Positions 59,896-64,000 of a stretch of 64,000 nucleotides of DNA are shown here, piece after piece. Under the pieces are notes generated by a model, which saw only the letters and a program-made list of their open reading frames with translations, did not search any database and was not told the DNA's origin. The first letter of the stretch is position 1. Every line of letters begins with the position of its first letter. The DNA comes from Candidatus Hydrogenedens sp. (lineage in GTDB: Bacteria; Hydrogenedentota; Hydrogenedentia; Hydrogenedentales; JAEUWI01), in assembly GCA_016125095.1 (NCBI GenBank), contig WGMK01000007.1:265605-329604 (forward strand). Direction: 5' to 3'. The translations under genes were made by a program, and so were the position numbers.

Positions 59896-61740
59896 GTGTC
59901 CATTCTCATGAGCGACCCCTATACGCAATACGCAGGCAATCCGCGTCTGCATACGTCGCCGCTGGTCACGCTGTTGCGCTACAACCGCCCGTACTGGCGC
60001 GCCTATGCCATCGGCGCCGTGCTCGCCGTAAGTTTCTCCGGCATTAACCTCGCCACGCCAATCGTGCTGCGCACGATTCTGGCGGGTTTCGAGCAAGGCA
60101 TCATGACCCGCGAGGCGCTGTGGGGCTGGGCCGCGCTGATGATTGGCGCGTCCATTACCAGCGGCATCTTCCGGTTCTTCCAGCGCACCCTGATGATCGG
60201 GGCCTCGCGCCAATTCGAGTATCACCTGCGCAACGACATCTTCGAGCACCTGCTGCGCTTGAGCCTGGCCTTCTTCCGCCGCACCAAAACTGGCGACGTG
60301 ATGGCGCGCGCCACGAGCGACGTGAACAACGTGCGTGAATTTATCGGGCCCGGCATCATGGGCAGCGCCGACATGATCAGCATCCCGTTTACGCTCGCGG
60401 TCATGATCTGGCTGAGTCCGCGCCTCACGCTCGTGTCGCTCATACCGCTGCCCGTCGTCACCGTCCTGGCGTACTTCTTCATCCGCTACATGACCAAGCA
60501 GTCGAAGGTGGTGCAGGAAGCCTTCTCCGAGGTGAACAGCCGCATGCAGGAAAACCTGGCCGGCGCCCGCGTGGTGAAGGCCTACGGCATTTCCTCACGC
60601 GAATCGAACACCTTTGGCGAACTCTCCAAGCGCTACATGCGCGAGAACATCCGGCTCATCAGCGTAATGTCGCTGGCCATCCCGGCGGCCGGCATCTTCA
60701 TCGGCATCTTCGCCATGATCCTCATCGGCGTGGGCGGCGGCATGGTCATCCGCGGCGAACTCGCCCTCTCGGATCTCACCAGCTTTCTGGTCGCCCTCGT
60801 GATGCTCGCCTTCCCCTTCGCGCAGCTGGGCTATGTGCTCACCCTCTACCAGCGAGGCGCGGTGAGCATGAAGCGCATCGCACGTATTCTCGATACGGCG
60901 CCCGATATTCAGGATTCCGGCAAGCACGCGCCCGATGCCCTGCCCATCCGCGGACACATCCGCTTCGAGGGCGTCACTTTCCGCTATCCCCACAAGCCCG
61001 ATCCCGACGCTGAGGACGAAGAGACCGAACAGCCTGCGACGCTGGAAAATGTCTCCTTCGAGGTAAAGCCGGGCGAGACCCTGGCCATCGTGGGGCCGAC
61101 GGGCTCGGGCAAGTCCACCTTGCTCGCGATGCTGACCCGTGCCTACGACCCCGACGAGGGGCGCATCACGCTGGACGGCGTGCCGCTGTGCGATGTACCC
61201 CTGCGGGCCCTGCGCGATGCGCTGGGCTATGTGCCGCAGGACAGCTTTATTTTCTCCACCTCGATTCGCGGCAACCTGCTGATGGCGCGTCGCGACGCCA
61301 CGCCGGACGAGCTCCGCGAGGCCTGCGACTGCGCCCAATTTACCGAGGCGCTGGAGCGGCTGCCCGAGGGACTCGATACCCTGTTGGGCGAACGCGGCAT
61401 CAACCTGAGCGGCGGCCAGATTCAGCGGCTCGCGCTGTCCCGCGCCGTGCTGCGCGATCCCATCATCTTGATTCTCGACGACGCACTCTCTGCCGTGGAC
61501 ACCAAGACGGAAGAGTCGATCCTCCGCCGCCTGAAGCAGGTGATGGCCCAGCGCACGAGCGTTATCGTGTCGCACCGCGTGTCGACCGTGCTGCACGCCG
61601 ACCACATCCTTGTGCTGGATGAGGGCCGGGTGGTGGAGCGGGGGACGCACGAGGAACTCGCCGCACGCGACGGCATTTACGCGCAGATGTACCGCCGCCA
61701 GAAACTGGAATCGGCGCTGGAGGCTTCTGGGCATGAGTAA
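59896..61740 (+). CDS. ABC exporter, fused TMD-NBD, subunit 1 (YheI/MdlA-like)
   Basis: Six-TM domain, GPTGSGKST, LSGGQIQR, degenerate Walker B ILDDALSAVD, SHR. Confidence 0.92.
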   Translation: MSILMSDPYTQYAGNPRLHTSPLVTLLRYNRPYWRAYAIGAVLAVSFSGINLATPIVLRTILAGFEQGIMTREALWGWAALMIGASITSGIFRFFQRTLMIGASRQFEYHLRNDIFEHLLRLSLAFFRRTKTGDVMARATSDVNNVREFIGPGIMGSADMISIPFTLAVMIWLSPRLTLVSLIPLPVVTVLAYFFIRYMTKQSKVVQEAFSEVNSRMQENLAGARVVKAYGISSRESNTFGELSKRYMRENIRLISVMSLAIPAAGIFIGIFAMILIGVGGGMVIRGELALSDLTSFLVALVMLAFPFAQLGYVLTLYQRGAVSMKRIARILDTAPDIQDSGKHAPDALPIRGHIRFEGVTFRYPHKPDPDAEDEETEQPATLENVSFEVKPGETLAIVGPTGSGKSTLLAMLTRAYDPDEGRITLDGVPLCDVPLRALRDALGYVPQDSFIFSTSIRGNLLMARRDATPDELREACDCAQFTEALERLPEGLDTLLGERGINLSGGQIQRLALSRAVLRDPIILILDDALSAVDTKTEESILRRLKQVMAQRTSVIVSHRVSTVLHADHILVLDEGRVVERGTHEELAARDGIYAQMYRRQKLESALEASGHE

Positions 61741-63625
61741 CAGCTATCACCTCCGTGACGAAGTACAAACGCGCTCATTCGACGGCGCGCTGCTGCGGCG
61801 GCTGCTGCGGTATCTCGCCCCGCACCGCAACTGGGTGATCGTCTCCACCTTGCTGCTGCTTGCCGCGGCCTGCATGAGCAACCTCGCGCCGCTGCTGATG
61901 ATGCACGCCGTGGACACCTACATGAACGCCGCGGACGGCCGCGATGCCGCCGCGATGGCCGCCGACTTCGACGGGCTGATGCGCATGACCGGCGCCCTCG
62001 CCGGGGTCATTGTGCTGGAAGCCATCGTACGGTTTGTGCAATTGCTCATCGTCACCTGGATCGGCCAGCGTACCATGTTCGAAATGCGCATGGGCCTATT
62101 CGATCACCTGCAAGGGCTATCGCTCAGTTTCCTCGACCGCAATCCCGTCGGCCGCCTGATGTCCCGCGTGACCAGCGACGTCGACAAGATTCAGGAAAGC
62201 ATTGTCACCGCCATCGTGCAGGTATTCAGCGGACTGTTCACCATCGCGGTCGTGCTGGTGTTCATGTTCTGGACCAACTGGCAGCTGGCGCTGGTGGCCC
62301 TGGTGCCGCTGCCGCTTATCTTCGGCGCGAGCTGGGTCTTCCGCCAATACGCCCAGAAGAGCTTCCTGGAAATCCGCCGCAAGGTGGCCGACATCGGCGC
62401 GTATATGCAGGAAAGCATCGGCGGCATGCATGTGATTCAGATCTTCGGGCAGGAAGGCAGCAGCTACGAGCGCCACGATTACCTGAACGCCGAGCACCGC
62501 GACGAGTGGCTGCGGCAGGTGCGCAACTTCGCGGTGTATTTCCCCGCCGTCGAATTCCTCAGCGCGCTCTCGACCGCCCTCATCATCCTGTATTGCGGCA
62601 ACCAGATTCTGAACCTGGGCGAAGAGATCAGCCGCGTCGCCTCAGTGGGCACGCTCGTCGGCTATGTCTACTGGGCCGAGCGCCTGTTCATTCCCATCCG
62701 CTCGCTGGCCGACCGCTACAACCTGCTGCTCGAGGCGATGGCGAGTTCCGAGCGCGTGTTCGAATTACTGGACACGAAGCCCGAAATTACCGACCGCGAC
62801 GGGGCGATCGTGCCGGACCAGATCGAGGGCAGCGTCGCCTTCGAGAACGTCTGGTTCGCCTACAACAAGCCGGGCGAGAATGCCGCGCGCATCCTGAGCG
62901 AGCGCGAGGACCATGCTTTCGGCGCGCAGGACGAGCAGTGGGTGCTGCGCGATGTTTCGTTCACCGTCTCCCCGGGCGAACGGGTCGCCATCGTCGGGCA
63001 TACCGGCGCCGGCAAAAGCACCATCATCAACCTCATCAGCCGCTTTTATGAACCGCAGCGCGGCATCATCCGCATCGGCGGACACGACGTGCGCGACTAT
63101 GCCCAGGAGCCGCTCCGCCGCCACATCGGCATCGTGCTGCAGAATGTGTTCCTGTTCAACAGCAGCATCGAGGACAACATCCGGCTGGCCGACCCCGACA
63201 TGGCGGACGACTGGGTGCGCGAATGCGCCCGCCGCGCCAATGCCGACAAGTTCATCCAGCGGCTGCCAGGAGGCTACAACTACGTGGTGGGCGAGCGTGG
63301 TGCGAACCTGTCCACGGGGCAGCGGCAGCTGCTGGCCTTCGCGCGTACGCTGGCGCACGATCCGGAAATCCTCATCCTGGACGAGGCAACGTCAAGCATC
63401 GACACCGAGACCGAGGCGCTAATTCAGGGGGCCATGGAAACGCTGATGGCCGGCCGCACGAGCATCGTCATCGCGCACCGCCTGTCCACCATCCGCAACG
63501 CCGACCGGATCCTCGTAATGCACCACGGCGAAATCCGCGAGGTGGGCACGCACGACGAATTGCTCGCCAAGGGCGGACTCTATTCCACCCTCTACGAACT
63601 CCAATTCGCCGGCCTACAGGCCTGA
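61733..63625 (+). CDS. ABC exporter, fused TMD-NBD, subunit 2 (YheH/MdlB-like)
   Basis: Start MSNSYH overlaps the subunit-1 stop. GHTGAGKST, degenerate signature LSTGQRQ, ILDEATSSID, AHRLSTI. Confidence 0.92.
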   Translation: MSNSYHLRDEVQTRSFDGALLRRLLRYLAPHRNWVIVSTLLLLAAACMSNLAPLLMMHAVDTYMNAADGRDAAAMAADFDGLMRMTGALAGVIVLEAIVRFVQLLIVTWIGQRTMFEMRMGLFDHLQGLSLSFLDRNPVGRLMSRVTSDVDKIQESIVTAIVQVFSGLFTIAVVLVFMFWTNWQLALVALVPLPLIFGASWVFRQYAQKSFLEIRRKVADIGAYMQESIGGMHVIQIFGQEGSSYERHDYLNAEHRDEWLRQVRNFAVYFPAVEFLSALSTALIILYCGNQILNLGEEISRVASVGTLVGYVYWAERLFIPIRSLADRYNLLLEAMASSERVFELLDTKPEITDRDGAIVPDQIEGSVAFENVWFAYNKPGENAARILSEREDHAFGAQDEQWVLRDVSFTVSPGERVAIVGHTGAGKSTIINLISRFYEPQRGIIRIGGHDVRDYAQEPLRRHIGIVLQNVFLFNSSIEDNIRLADPDMADDWVRECARRANADKFIQRLPGGYNYVVGERGANLSTGQRQLLAFARTLAHDPEILILDEATSSIDTETEALIQGAMETLMAGRTSIVIAHRLSTIRNADRILVMHHGEIREVGTHDELLAKGGLYSTLYELQFAGLQA

Positions 63626-63634
63626 GAAGCAAGA

Positions 63635-63785
63635 TTTTTTTGACAGGATAACTGGATTTTGGGATAAGAGAGGAAGAGCTTTTCTTAGACAGGATTTACA
63701 GGATTAACAGGATTAGAAGAGGGGCTCTTCTGCCCTTGAGATTCTTCTCTTTAATCCTGTTAATCTTGTTAATCCTGTCAAAAAA
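63635..63785. repeat. AT-rich element of 9-bp-periodic inverted arms (ACAGGATTA)n
   Basis: Degenerate arm TTTTTTGACAGGATAACTGGATT (from 63636), intact arm GACAGGATTTACAGGATTAACAGGATTA (63688-63715), inverted arm TAATCCTGTTAATCTTGTTAATCCTGTC (63752-63779) followed by AAAAAA. Confidence 0.9.
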
Positions 63786-63811
63786 GAGAGAGTACGGAGC
63801 GAAGTTTTCTG

Positions 63812-64000
63812 ATGCAGTACCGTCGATTCGGCAAGACTGGATTTCAGATTCCCGTGGTGAGCTGCGGGGGCATGCGCTATCAGCAGTCGTGGAACGACAA
63901 CGACCCCGTGAGCGAGGACAGCCAGCGCAACCTGGAAGCGTGCATCCGGCGTTCGCTGGAACTGGGCATCAACCACATCGAGACCGCCCGCGGTTACGGC
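63812..64000 (+). CDS. Aldo/keto reductase, partial (runs off the window end)
   Basis: MQYRRFGKTGFQIPVVSCGGMRYQQSW...SLELGINHIETARGYG, the AKR N-terminus. Confidence 0.85.
   Translation, partial: MQYRRFGKTGFQIPVVSCGGMRYQQSWNDNDPVSEDSQRNLEACIRRSLELGINHIETARGYG

Noticed and set aside
63635-63785. CRISPR array or ordinary terminator
   Set aside because: The units are 9 bp, tandem and inverted, with no spacers or cas genes. The T-tract is on the wrong side for termination.

Overview
High-GC bacterial chromosomal window. The Glu-Gly linker plus duplicated HxAD...ELLRV.Q..N C-terminal module of the 1611-aa protein resembles, from recall only, Candidatus Hydrogenedentota surface proteins. Left to right: the end of an exopolysaccharide locus (ExeA-like ATPase, Wzc/GumC-like co-polymerase, Wza, GT4), a sigma-54-driven GH10, a giant deacetylase/FGE/Ig surface protein, an esterase lipoprotein and AsnB. 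Then carbohydrate enzymes, an orphan CheA operon, tRNA-Pro(CGG), an SPFH pair, housekeeping genes (hemE, cca, pgi), mrfAB and a JAB-DinG helicase, two-component genes and a heterodimeric ABC exporter. Three small toxin-antitoxin modules lie between core genes. No CRISPR array, integrase, transposase or reverse transcriptase was seen. The most unusual signal is non-coding: short, 8-9-bp-periodic inverted arms just after the stop codon of a conserved gene. At 45.6-49.7 kb they enclose about 4 kb of accessory DNA that includes a 113-bp duplication of the mrfB 3' end. At 63.6-63.8 kb a different arm sequence with the same layout encloses no gene. This may mark a cassette-capture system, but that is inference. 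All product calls come from motif recognition, not database searches.
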